From Nanohaloarchaea archaeon B1-Br10_U2g1 (GTDB lineage Archaea > Nanohalarchaeota > Nanosalinia > Nanosalinales > Nanosalinaceae), in NCBI GenBank assembly GCA_001563875.1, contig LKMN01000005.1:1-38680 (forward strand): a stretch of 38,680 nt of DNA, in the 5' to 3' direction. Under the pieces are notes generated by a model, which had not been told where the DNA came from, did no database searches, and worked only from the letters and a program-made list of their open reading frames with translations. This document shows positions 25,540 through 35,596 of this stretch, one piece after another (the stretch's first letter is position 1; the number at the start of each line of letters is the position of its first letter). Both the position numbers and the translations under genes were made by a program.

Positions 25540-27366
25540 ATGAACCTATTTCCTTTTCCTGAAGTAAGGGAGAAACAGGACCGGCTCATAGAAAAAGTTG
25601 AGGAGGCTGTAGAAGACAAAGGAAGTCTTGTAGCACACGCCCCAACCGGTTTAGGGAAGACAGCAGGATCGATAACACCGGCTTTAGAGTACGCTAAACA
25701 GAACGATAAGACTGTATTCTTCGTAACTCCAAGACACAGTCAACACCAGATAGCAGTAGAGACAGTCAGAAAAATAAACGAGAGACATAACGCGGGAATA
25801 AACTCCGTCGACATAATAGGTAAAAGCCATCTATGTGAAGGAGAAACAGGTATAAGAGGTTCAGAAGGTCCAGACTGCCCCAGACATGATAATACCTTTA
25901 CAGACTCACGTGAACTAACAGATAAAGCGAAACAAAGAATAGCACAGTTCAGTAATGAGGACCTGACCGCAGAACAGGTTAAAAAACGGTGTAAAGACGT
26001 ATGTCCCTACCAGATATTAATGTATATGGTCTCTTCCGCAGATTTAGTGGTTGCGGACTATTTCCATATATTCCATCCTGGAGTAAGAGATATCGTACTT
26101 GAGAAATCGGGTCTAGAGCTTGAGGATATAATCTTGATAGTTGATGAGGCTCATAACCTGCCTTCAAGAACACGTTCACTGTTCTCAAGCTCAATAACCG
26201 TCCCTACTCTTAGGAAAGCGAAAACTGAGGCTGAAACATTCGGATACTATCAAGAAGAACGGTATATAGAACAGCTACAGAGAAAGGTAAACAAGATAGC
26301 ACGAGATAAACTAGGGCAGACCAGTCACGAAGAAAAACTGGAGAAAAAAGAACTGAAAGAAGCTGTGAACTCTTTCCATGACTATGAAGACTTCGTTGTC
26401 GATCTAGAAAACATTGCTGAAGAAGTCGAAGAAGAACAAGAGAGAAGCTACTGTGCTAACCTAGCAGAGTTTCTTGACTTCTGGAACGGCGGAGATGAAG
26501 GTTTTGTAAGATGTATAAAGAGAACGAGAACAAGCGGTGGAAACAGAGAGATAAGGATAAACTACTCTTGTCTGGATCCACAGTTCTCAACAAAGGAGCC
26601 TCTTAACCAGAGCCATGCATCCGTCCTGATGTCTGGAACTCTGACGCCACAAAGCATGTATGTGGATTTAACAGGTCTTGACAGAGAAAAGACTGAAGAA
26701 ATAGCTTTCGGCTCTCCTTTCCCTGAAGAAAACGAGCTGAACCTTGTTATACCGACACTGACGACTAAGTACGAAAAAAGAGATAAATCGATGAGGCAAA
26801 AGTATGCATGGTATCTCGCTAAGTCTCTAGAAGAGGTTGAAGGCAATTGCGGAGTCTTCTTTCCTTCTTACGCTTTCATGCACCAGATAAAAGAGCTTCT
26901 TGAACAGAAAACAGATAGGAAGATCTTTACGGAAGACCGTGCGATGAACAAAGAGGAGAAACAAGAGGTACTGAACGACTTTGCCAGCCGTAAGGATCAG
27001 AAAGACTCGGTTCTTCTTGGAGTTGCTGCAGGATCATTTGGTGAAGGTGTAGACTATCCTGGAGAAGTTATGAAGGCTGTCTTCGTTGTAGGATTACCTC
27101 TACAGAAGCCAGATCTTGAGACAAAGGAGCTTATAGACTACTACGACAGTCTCTTCGGCAAAGGATGGGACTACGGATACTCTTATCCTGCGATGAACCG
27201 GGCTATACAGGCTGCAGGCCGTTGTATAAGAAGTAAAACTGATAGAGGGGTGGTCGTGTATATGGATGAGCGTTACGACTGGAGCAACTACAGAAAGGTA
27301 CTTCCTCCGGATAAAAGGCTGAGATCGACTCGTGCTCCTTGGAAAGAGATTAAGGAGTTTTTCTAA
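25540..27366 (+). CDS. xpd: XPD/Rad3-family Fe-S DNA helicase
   Basis: APTGLGKT, four Cys ending in CPY, DEAHNL, MSGTL, FFPSY, EGVDYPG and QAAGRCIR...D.G. Confidence 0.93.
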   Translation: MNLFPFPEVREKQDRLIEKVEEAVEDKGSLVAHAPTGLGKTAGSITPALEYAKQNDKTVFFVTPRHSQHQIAVETVRKINERHNAGINSVDIIGKSHLCEGETGIRGSEGPDCPRHDNTFTDSRELTDKAKQRIAQFSNEDLTAEQVKKRCKDVCPYQILMYMVSSADLVVADYFHIFHPGVRDIVLEKSGLELEDIILIVDEAHNLPSRTRSLFSSSITVPTLRKAKTEAETFGYYQEERYIEQLQRKVNKIARDKLGQTSHEEKLEKKELKEAVNSFHDYEDFVVDLENIAEEVEEEQERSYCANLAEFLDFWNGGDEGFVRCIKRTRTSGGNREIRINYSCLDPQFSTKEPLNQSHASVLMSGTLTPQSMYVDLTGLDREKTEEIAFGSPFPEENELNLVIPTLTTKYEKRDKSMRQKYAWYLAKSLEEVEGNCGVFFPSYAFMHQIKELLEQKTDRKIFTEDRAMNKEEKQEVLNDFASRKDQKDSVLLGVAAGSFGEGVDYPGEVMKAVFVVGLPLQKPDLETKELIDYYDSLFGKGWDYGYSYPAMNRAIQAAGRCIRSKTDRGVVVYMDERYDWSNYRKVLPPDKRLRSTRAPWKEIKEFF

Positions 27367-27572
27367 GGTCTGTATGCTAGGAAGTATTTGTTCTCTTCAG
27401 GATACTCTCCAAGATCTTTAGCCTCTGTCTTATCTCCTATATCTGTAAGATCGTTCCATGAGAGTTTGTCGCCTTCGAGTTCGTAGATACGGGAGTTTTC
27501 TATCCTGTAAGTTTCTGCGACCTGTATATCTCTTTTTTCAAGTATTTCTGAGACTTCATCAAGTTTTTCCAT
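27363..27572 (-). CDS. Small hypothetical acidic protein
   Basis: 69-aa D/E-rich ORF filling the gap between xpd and ribL. Confidence 0.55.
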   Translation of the reverse strand: MEKLDEVSEILEKRDIQVAETYRIENSRIYELEGDKLSWNDLTDIGDKTEAKDLGEYPEENKYFLAYRP

Positions 27573-27657
27573 GGGATTATGGGATGCCGTACCAATCTAT
27601 AAATATGGGCTGTATCTCTCTGAAAAGAATAAAACTTTGAACCGGGCAGACTTGGTT

Positions 27658-28053
27658 ATGAAGACAGTGATGGCGCAGGGAACTTTCGATATACTTCATC
27701 CGGGACATCTACATTATCTGAAACAGTCGGCTCGGCACGGTGACAGACTGGTCGTAGTTATATCAAGGGACTCGCGTATGAGAAACAAGAAAGATCTATA
27801 CTTCTCTGAGGATAAGAGAAGGGAGATGGTTGGAGCTCTAGAAGTGGTTGATCGAGCGGTTCTCGGATCTGAAGGTGATATATACTCTACTGTAGAGAGG
27901 GCTGATCCTGATGTAATCACCCTTGGCTATGATCAGGGACATGATGAGGGAGAAGTTAAGTCGATGGCCGAGAAGGCTACAGGACACGAGGTCGAAGTTC
28001 TTAGAGTAGATGAAAGAGAAGGTTTCTCTTCGACCAGTATAAGGGATTTCTGA
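27658..28053 (+). CDS. ribL: Archaeal FAD synthase-like nucleotidyltransferase
   Basis: VMAQGTFDILHPGH (HxGH), PDVITLGYDQ and SSTSI; ATG at 27658 preferred. Confidence 0.82.
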   Translation: MKTVMAQGTFDILHPGHLHYLKQSARHGDRLVVVISRDSRMRNKKDLYFSEDKRREMVGALEVVDRAVLGSEGDIYSTVERADPDVITLGYDQGHDEGEVKSMAEKATGHEVEVLRVDEREGFSSTSIRDF

Positions 28054-28102
28054 AAAAGGTTCTGAAAGCTGTTTAAAGTTTTAGGCATACCTAAAATAAT
28101 GT

Positions 28103-29503
28103 ATGTCCGAAGAAAATATTGAGAAGAACCAAGAACGTTTCGAACACAAAGTAGAGACTGAGAAGGCTTTTGACGCAGGTAAAGGCCTTACAGAGGAGAC
28201 GATAAAAGCTATATCGGAAGATAAAGAAGAGCCTGAATGGATGAAAGAAAGACGCTTGAAGGCTTTCAGACACTTCAAGAAAAGACCTATGCCTGGATGG
28301 GGTCCAGATCTTTCTGAACTAGACTTTGAAGAGATCAGTCACTATGTAAGACCTGATGCAGAACAGAGCGATGACTGGGAAGAAGTCCCTGAAGAGATTA
28401 AGGAGACCTTCGACAAACTGGGAATTCCGGAAGCCGAGAAAGAAGCTTTGAGCGGTGTAGGTGCACAGTTCGAATCACAGGTAGTCTACCAGAATATGAA
28501 AGAGGAGTGGGAAGAGAAAGGAGTAATCTTCTGCGACATGGATAAAGCGGTTCAAGAACATCCGGAGCTGGTTAAAGAATACTTTATGACCAAATGTGTT
28601 CCTCCACAGGACAACAAGTTCGCGGCCCTACACGGAGCTGTATGGTCAGGAGGATCGTTTGTATACGTGCCTGAAGGTGTAGAGGTCGAGATACCTGTAC
28701 AGGCATACTTCAGGATGAACCAGAAAGGTATGGGACAGTTCGAACACACACTTATTATAGCGGAGGAAGATAGCCAGGTCCATTATATCGAAGGATGTTC
28801 CGCGCCACAGTACACAAGATCTAATTTACACGCAGGCTGCGTTGAAGTATTTGTAAAGGATGACGCACACGTACAGTACTCAACAGTCCAGAACTGGAGT
28901 AAGAACACTTACAACCTGAACACGAAAAGAGCTAAAGTAGACTCAGAAGGTGTAATGGAATGGATCTCAGGAAGCATGGGTTCAAAAGTTACAATGCTTT
29001 ATCCTTCCTCTCACTTGAACGGAGAAGGCGCAAGAGCCAACCATATAACAATCGGGTTTGCCGGAGAAGGACAGAACATCGATACTGGGGCTAAAGTAGT
29101 TCACAATGCTCCAAACACTAAATCAACGATTGAGTCAAAATCTATATCTCAAGGAGACGGAAGAACTAACTACCGGGGACTAGTGAGGGTGCCGAAAGGA
29201 AGTCATGGAAGCAGTGTGTCTATCGAGTGTGATGCACTGATGTTCAGCAAGGAGGCTACAAGCGATACAGAACCATACATAGAGATTAAAGAGGACGACG
29301 TTGAAATGGCGCACGAGGCAACCGTTGGCCGTATAGGCGACGAGGAAATCCACTACTTGATGAGTCGTGGGATCGAAGAGGAAGAAGCAAAAGAGATGAT
29401 TGTAAGAGGATTCATCGAACCGATCGCGAAAGAACTGCCTCTAGAGTATGCAGTAGAGTTAAACCGGTTAATAGAGCTAGAGATGGAAGGAAGCCTAGGG
29501 TGA
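28103..29503 (+). CDS. sufB: Fe-S cluster assembly protein SufB
   Basis: NKFAALH.AVWSGGSF, GQFEHTLI, YIEGCSAP, YSTVQNW, CDAL and HEATVG. Confidence 0.97.
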   Translation: MSEENIEKNQERFEHKVETEKAFDAGKGLTEETIKAISEDKEEPEWMKERRLKAFRHFKKRPMPGWGPDLSELDFEEISHYVRPDAEQSDDWEEVPEEIKETFDKLGIPEAEKEALSGVGAQFESQVVYQNMKEEWEEKGVIFCDMDKAVQEHPELVKEYFMTKCVPPQDNKFAALHGAVWSGGSFVYVPEGVEVEIPVQAYFRMNQKGMGQFEHTLIIAEEDSQVHYIEGCSAPQYTRSNLHAGCVEVFVKDDAHVQYSTVQNWSKNTYNLNTKRAKVDSEGVMEWISGSMGSKVTMLYPSSHLNGEGARANHITIGFAGEGQNIDTGAKVVHNAPNTKSTIESKSISQGDGRTNYRGLVRVPKGSHGSSVSIECDALMFSKEATSDTEPYIEIKEDDVEMAHEATVGRIGDEEIHYLMSRGIEEEEAKEMIVRGFIEPIAKELPLEYAVELNRLIELEMEGSLG

Positions 29504-30630
29504 AACAAAAAATGCAGATACACAAACTATACGAAGAGAAAGAAGAGTTCCAAGAACTCAGAGAAAGATCAGCAGAACTGTACAGCAAACTTGAGATGCC
29601 TGAAAGCATAAGAACACCAGGAAGGACATGGACAAGATATCCTGACATAGAAGACAAACTAGGCGATATAGAAGACTTCGAACCAGAGATAGATATAGAA
29701 GGAGAAGCAGAAGTATACACAGGATCTGAAGCAGCGGAAGAAGCAGGTAAAAAACTACTCGACTCCATTAAACCAGGAGAAAACAAGCTGAACGCTCTTC
29801 ACGCAATAAAGATTAACTCTGTAGTACTCATCAGAGTTAAGGGAGAAGCTGATATATCCGTAAAATACGAGACAGATTCAAACCTTTTCTCACATCTAGT
29901 GATAGAAACAGAAGATAGCACAGACCTTAAAATCACTGAAGATTTCAGAGGGGAAGCAGACGTTCAAACAAGTTTCACTGAGATCTACACAGGAAACAAC
30001 TCTCACGTAGACTACGGCGCAGTAGAGTCATTGGATGCTGAACTAAGCTACAGTCATAGAAAAGCTGTTGTGGGGAAAGACTCGACAATGAAATGGCTTA
30101 ACGGCCAGTTCGAATCAGAGCTGAACCGTACAAAGATTGAGACTGTCTTGAAAGGAGACAACTCCGAGACAGAGAATATAGGTGTCTGGTATCCTGTAAA
30201 CAACCAGCATTTCGATATATCGCTCCACGTATTCCATATAGGCCACAACACGAAATGTGATATGGACTCTCGAGCAGTAGTAGACGATAGATCCCGTTCA
30301 CTCTATGAAGGGTTACAGAAGGTTGAGGAATCTGCCGAAGACACCAAAAGCTTCCAAGATCAGGAGTCACTGCTTCTATCCGACAATGCAGAAGCAGACG
30401 CCTCGCCAAAACTGATGATCGAGAACCCTGATGTAGAGGCAAGCCACGCAGCAGCTGCAGGAAAGATAGCTGAAGAGAAACAGCACTACCTAGAGACAAG
30501 AGGACTTGACTCTGAAAAAAGCAGGAGACTGGTCGTAAAAGGCTACTTCGAACCGGTTATGCAGAAAATCGGTCTACCAGATCTAAAACAGAGTATAAGA
30601 CAGGAAGTAGATAAGAAGCTGAACCGGTAG
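29500..30630 (+). CDS. sufD: Fe-S cluster assembly protein SufD
   Basis: SufBD beta-helix C-terminus LLLSD.A.AD..P.L.I....V.ASHAA, YL..RG, LVV.GYF. Confidence 0.9.
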   Translation: MKQKMQIHKLYEEKEEFQELRERSAELYSKLEMPESIRTPGRTWTRYPDIEDKLGDIEDFEPEIDIEGEAEVYTGSEAAEEAGKKLLDSIKPGENKLNALHAIKINSVVLIRVKGEADISVKYETDSNLFSHLVIETEDSTDLKITEDFRGEADVQTSFTEIYTGNNSHVDYGAVESLDAELSYSHRKAVVGKDSTMKWLNGQFESELNRTKIETVLKGDNSETENIGVWYPVNNQHFDISLHVFHIGHNTKCDMDSRAVVDDRSRSLYEGLQKVEESAEDTKSFQDQESLLLSDNAEADASPKLMIENPDVEASHAAAAGKIAEEKQHYLETRGLDSEKSRRLVVKGYFEPVMQKIGLPDLKQSIRQEVDKKLNR

Positions 30631-30642
30631 ATACAGAGAATA

Positions 30643-31827
30643 ATGAGTCTGAAACCCTCCGAACTGAAGAAAGATTTTCCGGTATTCAAAGAACATCCTG
30701 ATCTTGTATACTTGGACAACGCTGCAACCGCTCAGAAGCCTTTACAGGTTATAAATGCTGTAGAAAAGTTCTATAGAGAACAGAACTCAAACATTGGCAG
30801 AGGACTATACGACCTAGCTGAGGAAGCAACTCTGAAATACAGAGAAGCTAGAAAAACGGTTTCAGAGTTTGTCAACGCTAACACAGATGAAATAGTCTTT
30901 GTTAGAAACAGTACAGAAGCACTGAACCTTGTTGCAGATTCTCTGGAGTTCGAAGGAGATATCGTCCTGTCGGAGATGGCTCATCACAGCGAGCAGCTAC
31001 CTTTTAGGAGGAGGGCTGAGAGAGATCACAGAGAGATCAGTTATCTTCCTACAGAGAACGGTAAGATATCAGTTGAAAAGGCAGAACAGATTATAGGTCC
31101 TGAGACAGGTCTGGTATCGTTAAGTCATGTGTCGAATGTATTCGGTAAAGAGAACCCTGTCAGAGATATAGTTGAACTGGCACGACAGAATGATGCATAT
31201 ATAGTACTGGATGGAGCACAGTCTGTCCCAAGCCAAGAAGTTGACGTTAAACAGCTTGATGTCGACTTCATGGTGTTTTCAGGCCACAAAATGCTTGGAC
31301 CGACAGGTATAGGAGCTCTATACGGGAGGAAACAGTTGCTGGAAGATATGAATCCTTACCAGGTAGGCGGCGGAATGATAAGATCTGTTAGGAAAGAGGA
31401 GGTCCGCTGGGAAGAGCCTCCGAAAAAGTTTGAGGCCGGAACACCTAATATAGCAGGAGCAGTTGGACTAGCAGAGGCTGTAAACTATCTAACAGATCTA
31501 GGAATGGAAGAAGTTGAGACGCACGAGGATGAACTAGCCCAAAAAATAGAGAACGGTTTAAACAGTTTGGAAGGGGTTGAAACAGTTACTGAGAATTCTA
31601 AATCGTTAGTGTCTTTTACAGCAAGCTTTGCACATCCGCATGATATTGCAGAGGTCTTAAACCAGGAAAATATTGCGGTCAGAGCGGGCAGCCACTGCGC
31701 ACAGCCTCAGATGGAGGAGCTTGATATATCTGGCACGGTAAGAGTATCTCCGTATATCTATAATACCGAGGAAGATGTAGAAAAGCTTATCGAATCCGTA
31801 AAAAAGGTTAAAGAGGTGTTCAGCTGA
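30643..31827 (+). CDS. sufS: Cysteine desulfurase SufS
   Basis: YLDNAAT.QKP, DGAQ, SGHKMLGPTGIG (PLP Lys), FEAGTP and R.G.HCAQP. Confidence 0.96.
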   Translation: MSLKPSELKKDFPVFKEHPDLVYLDNAATAQKPLQVINAVEKFYREQNSNIGRGLYDLAEEATLKYREARKTVSEFVNANTDEIVFVRNSTEALNLVADSLEFEGDIVLSEMAHHSEQLPFRRRAERDHREISYLPTENGKISVEKAEQIIGPETGLVSLSHVSNVFGKENPVRDIVELARQNDAYIVLDGAQSVPSQEVDVKQLDVDFMVFSGHKMLGPTGIGALYGRKQLLEDMNPYQVGGGMIRSVRKEEVRWEEPPKKFEAGTPNIAGAVGLAEAVNYLTDLGMEEVETHEDELAQKIENGLNSLEGVETVTENSKSLVSFTASFAHPHDIAEVLNQENIAVRAGSHCAQPQMEELDISGTVRVSPYIYNTEEDVEKLIESVKKVKEVFS

Positions 31828-32189
31828 TGTACAGGGATGAGATACTTGATCTGTATAAGAATCCTTTGAACGAAGGAAAACTTGAAGAAGGAATCAGTAG
31901 AGAAGGTGAAAACCCTTCATGTGGCGACCATACACATATCTACATACAGACAGAGAACAACAAGATAAAAGAGATTAGGCACAAGTCGGACGGATGCGCG
32001 ATCTCCACGGCAGCAATATCTATAGTTTCGGAAGAGCTGAAAGGAGAAAATATAGAAGATGTAATAGAGCTTGACAACGACTGGATAACCGGTAAACTAG
32101 GGATAGATATTTCACCTATGAGGTTGAAATGTGCTTTACTAGGACTGGATACGGTTCAGAAAGCTCTGAAGGATCATGAAGAACCTTAA
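31827..32189 (+). CDS. sufU: SufU/IscU-like sulfur-transfer or scaffold protein
   Basis: Y...ILD.Y.NP.N.G, NPSCGD, GCAIS and R.KCALL. Confidence 0.92.
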   Translation: MYRDEILDLYKNPLNEGKLEEGISREGENPSCGDHTHIYIQTENNKIKEIRHKSDGCAISTAAISIVSEELKGENIEDVIELDNDWITGKLGIDISPMRLKCALLGLDTVQKALKDHEEP

Positions 32190-32703
32190 CTACTGTTACC
32201 GGTGTGGAAGAGAACTTGTAAAGAGAACGGATGAAGGCCGTGAAAGATATTACTGTGAGAACTGTTCAGACTTTGTATACCGTAACTCTGTACCTGTAGC
32301 AGGAGTATTTGTTGTGAAAGATGATCAGGTGGTTCTGATTAAGAGAGGTGGAGAGCCCCACAAAGGAAAATGGAGCTATCCTGCAGGATACCTAGAGTAT
32401 GATGAGAAACCTGAAGACGGTGCAGTAAGAGAGCTGGAGGAGGAGACAGGTCTTAAAGCCGATGAAAACTGTCTCAAACTTGTGGCCACGATACAGTTAG
32501 AGCACCCGGACAAGTACGTCGTAGGAAATGCGTACGCTGTTCACCACCAAAATGTTGAAGGGAAGCTTGAACCTGGCGACGATGCTGTTGACGCGGATTT
32601 CTGGGAACTCGACAAGATGCGTTCAAGAGTAGAAGAGATGGAGTCTCCCAAGATTATAGATGCGGCAGAAGATGCTGTAAAGCTAGTTCATCGTTCAGGT
32701 TAA
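32176..32703 (+). CDS. Nudix hydrolase with N-terminal zinc ribbon
   Basis: YC..CG...C..C and Nudix box G.....E.....A.RELEEETG. Confidence 0.92.
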   Translation: MKNLNYCYRCGRELVKRTDEGRERYYCENCSDFVYRNSVPVAGVFVVKDDQVVLIKRGGEPHKGKWSYPAGYLEYDEKPEDGAVRELEEETGLKADENCLKLVATIQLEHPDKYVVGNAYAVHHQNVEGKLEPGDDAVDADFWELDKMRSRVEEMESPKIIDAAEDAVKLVHRSG

Positions 32704-32732
32704 GAAAGTTTAGGTACAACTAAACTAATATA

Positions 32733-33482
32733 ATGAGTCTGAAAGTTGAAGATCTAGAAGCATCTGTAGAAGACGAAAAAATCGTTAAAGGCGTATCCTT
32801 GGAAGTAAATCCTGGGGAAGTACACGCAATAATGGGTCCCAACGGTTCAGGGAAGTCAACACTGTGTAAAGCCCTTATGGGAAACCCTGAGTACAGTTTA
32901 GACGCAGGAAAGATAATCCTTGACGGAGAAGATGTAACTGACGAAGAAACAGATGAAAGAGCTCGAAAAGGACTTTTCTTGGGCTTCCAGTATCCAAGCG
33001 AGATCTCGGGTGTAAAGGTCTCAGAGTTCTTAAAGGAGGCTCTGAACGCTAAAAGAGAAGAACAGGGAGAAGAACCTATAGGGATGACAGAGTTCCGTGA
33101 ACTCGTAAGAGAGAAACTTGATCTACTTGATATGGAAGAAGAGTATGTAAGACGTTATCTCAACAAAGGGTTCTCCGGAGGAGAGAAGAAGAGAAATGAG
33201 ATACTTCAGATGGCGGTGCTTGACCCAAAATATGCTGTACTGGATGAAATCGACTCGGGTCTTGACATCGACGCACTGAAAGTAGTGGCTAAAGGAATCA
33301 AGACTCTGGCAGATGAGGAAAGAGGAGTACTGATGATAACACACTACCAGAGAATACTAGACCATATACAGCCGGATCATGTCCATATAATGGTCGACGG
33401 AAACATTGTGAAGTCTGGAGGATCAGAGCTGGCAAAGAAACTTGAGGCTGAAGGATACGACTGGATTAAGGAAGAGATCTAA
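32733..33482 (+). CDS. sufC: Fe-S assembly ATPase SufC
   Basis: GEVHAIMGPNGSGKST, FQYP.EI.GV, GFSGGEKKRNE, LDE.DSGLDIDAL and ITHYQRIL. Confidence 0.97.
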   Translation: MSLKVEDLEASVEDEKIVKGVSLEVNPGEVHAIMGPNGSGKSTLCKALMGNPEYSLDAGKIILDGEDVTDEETDERARKGLFLGFQYPSEISGVKVSEFLKEALNAKREEQGEEPIGMTEFRELVREKLDLLDMEEEYVRRYLNKGFSGGEKKRNEILQMAVLDPKYAVLDEIDSGLDIDALKVVAKGIKTLADEERGVLMITHYQRILDHIQPDHVHIMVDGNIVKSGGSELAKKLEAEGYDWIKEEI

Positions 33483-34012
33483 ATCAGTACGTGGCGAGGA
33501 CCGTCCTTTGGAGAGTCTTTTTTCTCCAGTTCACGGACTATCACCTGGAGCTCTGACGAGCCGGAGCTCTCTAGTTCTTTCTCAAGTTTTTCCTCCTTCT
33601 CCCGAACCTCTTCTCTACTGCTATCGACTGAAACGGTGTAAAGACCTTCAAGCCTATCATATACAGTTGAGTTGTGTCTCAGACGGTTCTCAAAACTTCT
33701 GATTTGTATTAGTTCTTTAGGTATGTTGAATACAGGTTTCTTCTCTCTACATGATACAGACTGGCCTATTATAAGTTCTCCGCTTTTGTAGGATCCGGTT
33801 ATAGCCCAGTCCTCTGTACGGTTCCAGCTGGCGGTATCTGAGTCTTCTTTGATTAGTCTTGTAGGGTTTCTAATGTTAAAAAAATCTTTGAACTCTTCAT
33901 ACTCGTTTATGTGGTTGTAAAGTGATGTTGATAAGGTGTCGTGTATGTTGTTGGCGTACTCCTCCTCTTTGATTTCAAGCTCAAACCTTCTGGTTGTTGA
34001 GAAGTAATCCAC
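33479..34012 (-). CDS. Hypothetical protein
   Basis: 177-aa E-rich ORF with a GTG start; no motif recognised. Confidence 0.55.
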   Translation of the reverse strand: MDYFSTTRRFELEIKEEEYANNIHDTLSTSLYNHINEYEEFKDFFNIRNPTRLIKEDSDTASWNRTEDWAITGSYKSGELIIGQSVSCREKKPVFNIPKELIQIRSFENRLRHNSTVYDRLEGLYTVSVDSSREEVREKEEKLEKELESSGSSELQVIVRELEKKDSPKDGPRHVLI

Positions 34013-34059
34013 TGTATGAAAATCAGTCTGGTTATCTACTAATACTTTTCTGTCTTGGC

Positions 34060-34209
34060 TTAACTCTTTGAAAGATATTTTTCTATTATCTGTTCCAGCT
34101 TACTTTTTCTCTCTTTCTGCTCTATCTCTTCTGAGCCGCATGGACATTTCTCCGGTTTTATGCTTGATTCAAGCTCTCTTCCGCATCTTTCACACCGGTG
34201 AAACTCCAT
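34060..34209 (-). CDS. 49-aa zinc-ribbon microprotein
   Basis: From ATG 34209: MEFHRCERCG...KCPCGSEEIE, a CxxCG/CPCGS rubredoxin-like knuckle pair. Confidence 0.7.
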   Translation of the reverse strand: MEFHRCERCGRELESSIKPEKCPCGSEEIEQKERKSKLEQIIEKYLSKS

Positions 34210-34325
34210 AGACCGTTTTAAGGGTTGCAGAGTTAAAATATCTTTTCTACCGGAACTAACGGAAAACTCTTCACTCATTTATAAAGGCAGTATTGGTAAC
34301 TAGAAGTTAAGAGGAAAGAGGGGAG

Positions 34326-34529
34326 ATGATAACACTAAAATGTCGAAACTGTGGGACGGAGAAAACAAAAAATATTCTACCAGGTAAGCACGCGGTGTTC
34401 GGGGCTATAAACGCGTCAAACCGTGAAGCTGACTGCTGTACAAAACCAGACTACGCTGATTCCGCAGGCTTCAAACAAGAATCTGTAGACAAAGGTCTCC
34501 GGGAGCTGGTAACAGCTCTCAGAGCCTAG
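34326..34529 (+). CDS. 67-aa Cys-rich microprotein (CxxCG...CC..PDY)
   Basis: CRNCG and DCCTKPDY; purine-rich SD-like sequence upstream. Confidence 0.65.
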   Translation: MITLKCRNCGTEKTKNILPGKHAVFGAINASNREADCCTKPDYADSAGFKQESVDKGLRELVTALRA

Positions 34530-34530
34530 A

Positions 34531-35175
34531 CTATTTTTTCTTCATCTTCAGAAACAGGTGTTCCTTCTCATAAGGCTCTAACTCTGTTTCCTCAACTATC
34601 CTGAACTCTTCGCGCAGCTTGTCCTTTACTTCTTCAAATATATCGTTAAGGTCTCTGGAAGAGGATATCGACCGAGCTTTCACCGCTAAAAGTGCTGTAC
34701 CGTCGTCTTTTAGGAACTTTTCACAGTTCTTGATAAATATCTCCGCCTGATCTCTCTGTGATATATCCTGGAAGACTATATCTACCTCGGGGACTTTAGA
34801 GTAGTTCTCGGGTTTACGTGCGTTATCGAGGAAAGGCACGATATTCTCTCGCTGTTCAGCAAGCTTCAACAGACTTCTGAAGACGGTGTCTGAGTACTCA
34901 ACACCGTATACAAAGCCGTCTGACAGTATATCTGAGAAATGTGATACTGTTGTTCCTGAAGCAGCACCAAGATAGAGTACGTTGTCAGTTCTATTTATCT
35001 TTAGATCGATGCCGTTAAGCACTGCAGCTCCTGCTTTCGAACGTTCTGGAACCCACTGACGGTAATCTTTTCCTTCTACGTTTATGAACGGCTCCCCGTA
35101 AACTTTTTGATCTGATCCTGCCTCCGTATACAGTTTGCCTTTTCTTGTGTATATCCCGGGCTGTATCTCTTCCAT
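34531..35175 (-). CDS. flpA: Fibrillarin (box C/D 2'-O-methyltransferase)
   Basis: VYGE, YR.W.P.RSK, VLYLGAASGTTVSH.SD, QD..Q..QA.IF, KARSI and LEPY..EH. Confidence 0.97.
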   Translation of the reverse strand: MEEIQPGIYTRKGKLYTEAGSDQKVYGEPFINVEGKDYRQWVPERSKAGAAVLNGIDLKINRTDNVLYLGAASGTTVSHFSDILSDGFVYGVEYSDTVFRSLLKLAEQRENIVPFLDNARKPENYSKVPEVDIVFQDISQRDQAEIFIKNCEKFLKDDGTALLAVKARSISSSRDLNDIFEEVKDKLREEFRIVEETELEPYEKEHLFLKMKKK

Positions 35176-35257
35176 ACAGACTCATTGTTCGGTAAACATG
35201 ATAAACCTCTATAATATCTCTTTAAAACTGAACTAGTCGCAACCATATCACATAGAT

Positions 35258-35596
35258 ATGATAGATCGGGGACAGTATAAGAGAGGAAGGAGAGAAGACC
35301 AGAAAGAGGCTGAAAAAAAGGTTTTGGAGACGCTTGAAAAGTATCATAACCCCTTAGCACTGCCGCCAAGGATCGATGAAGTAATAGATGATATAGACGA
35401 TAAAGAAGTAAAGATTTATCTGGAAACTTACAGAGGTAGATCGGTAACGGTTTCAGAACTTATAAACGAGTTGGATGACTACAGTCCTAAGGAAGAGATA
35501 TACAAAGTTAAAGACGTCTATAACCCTGTTGAAAAGATTTCGGATCTGCTTGAACAACAGGAAGACAGCTTGAGAAGTTATCTTGAAAGATACTAG
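35258..35596 (+). CDS. Hypothetical acidic protein between nop5 and fibrillarin, opposite strand
   Basis: 112-aa ORF with TTTAAA at 35221, about 35 nt upstream. Confidence 0.6.
   Translation: MIDRGQYKRGRREDQKEAEKKVLETLEKYHNPLALPPRIDEVIDDIDDKEVKIYLETYRGRSVTVSELINELDDYSPKEEIYKVKDVYNPVEKISDLLEQQEDSLRSYLERY

Noticed and set aside
21703-29503. Inteins in aIF5B, XPD or SufB
   Set aside because: Lengths are normal and no intein splice motifs or LAGLIDADG blocks are visible.
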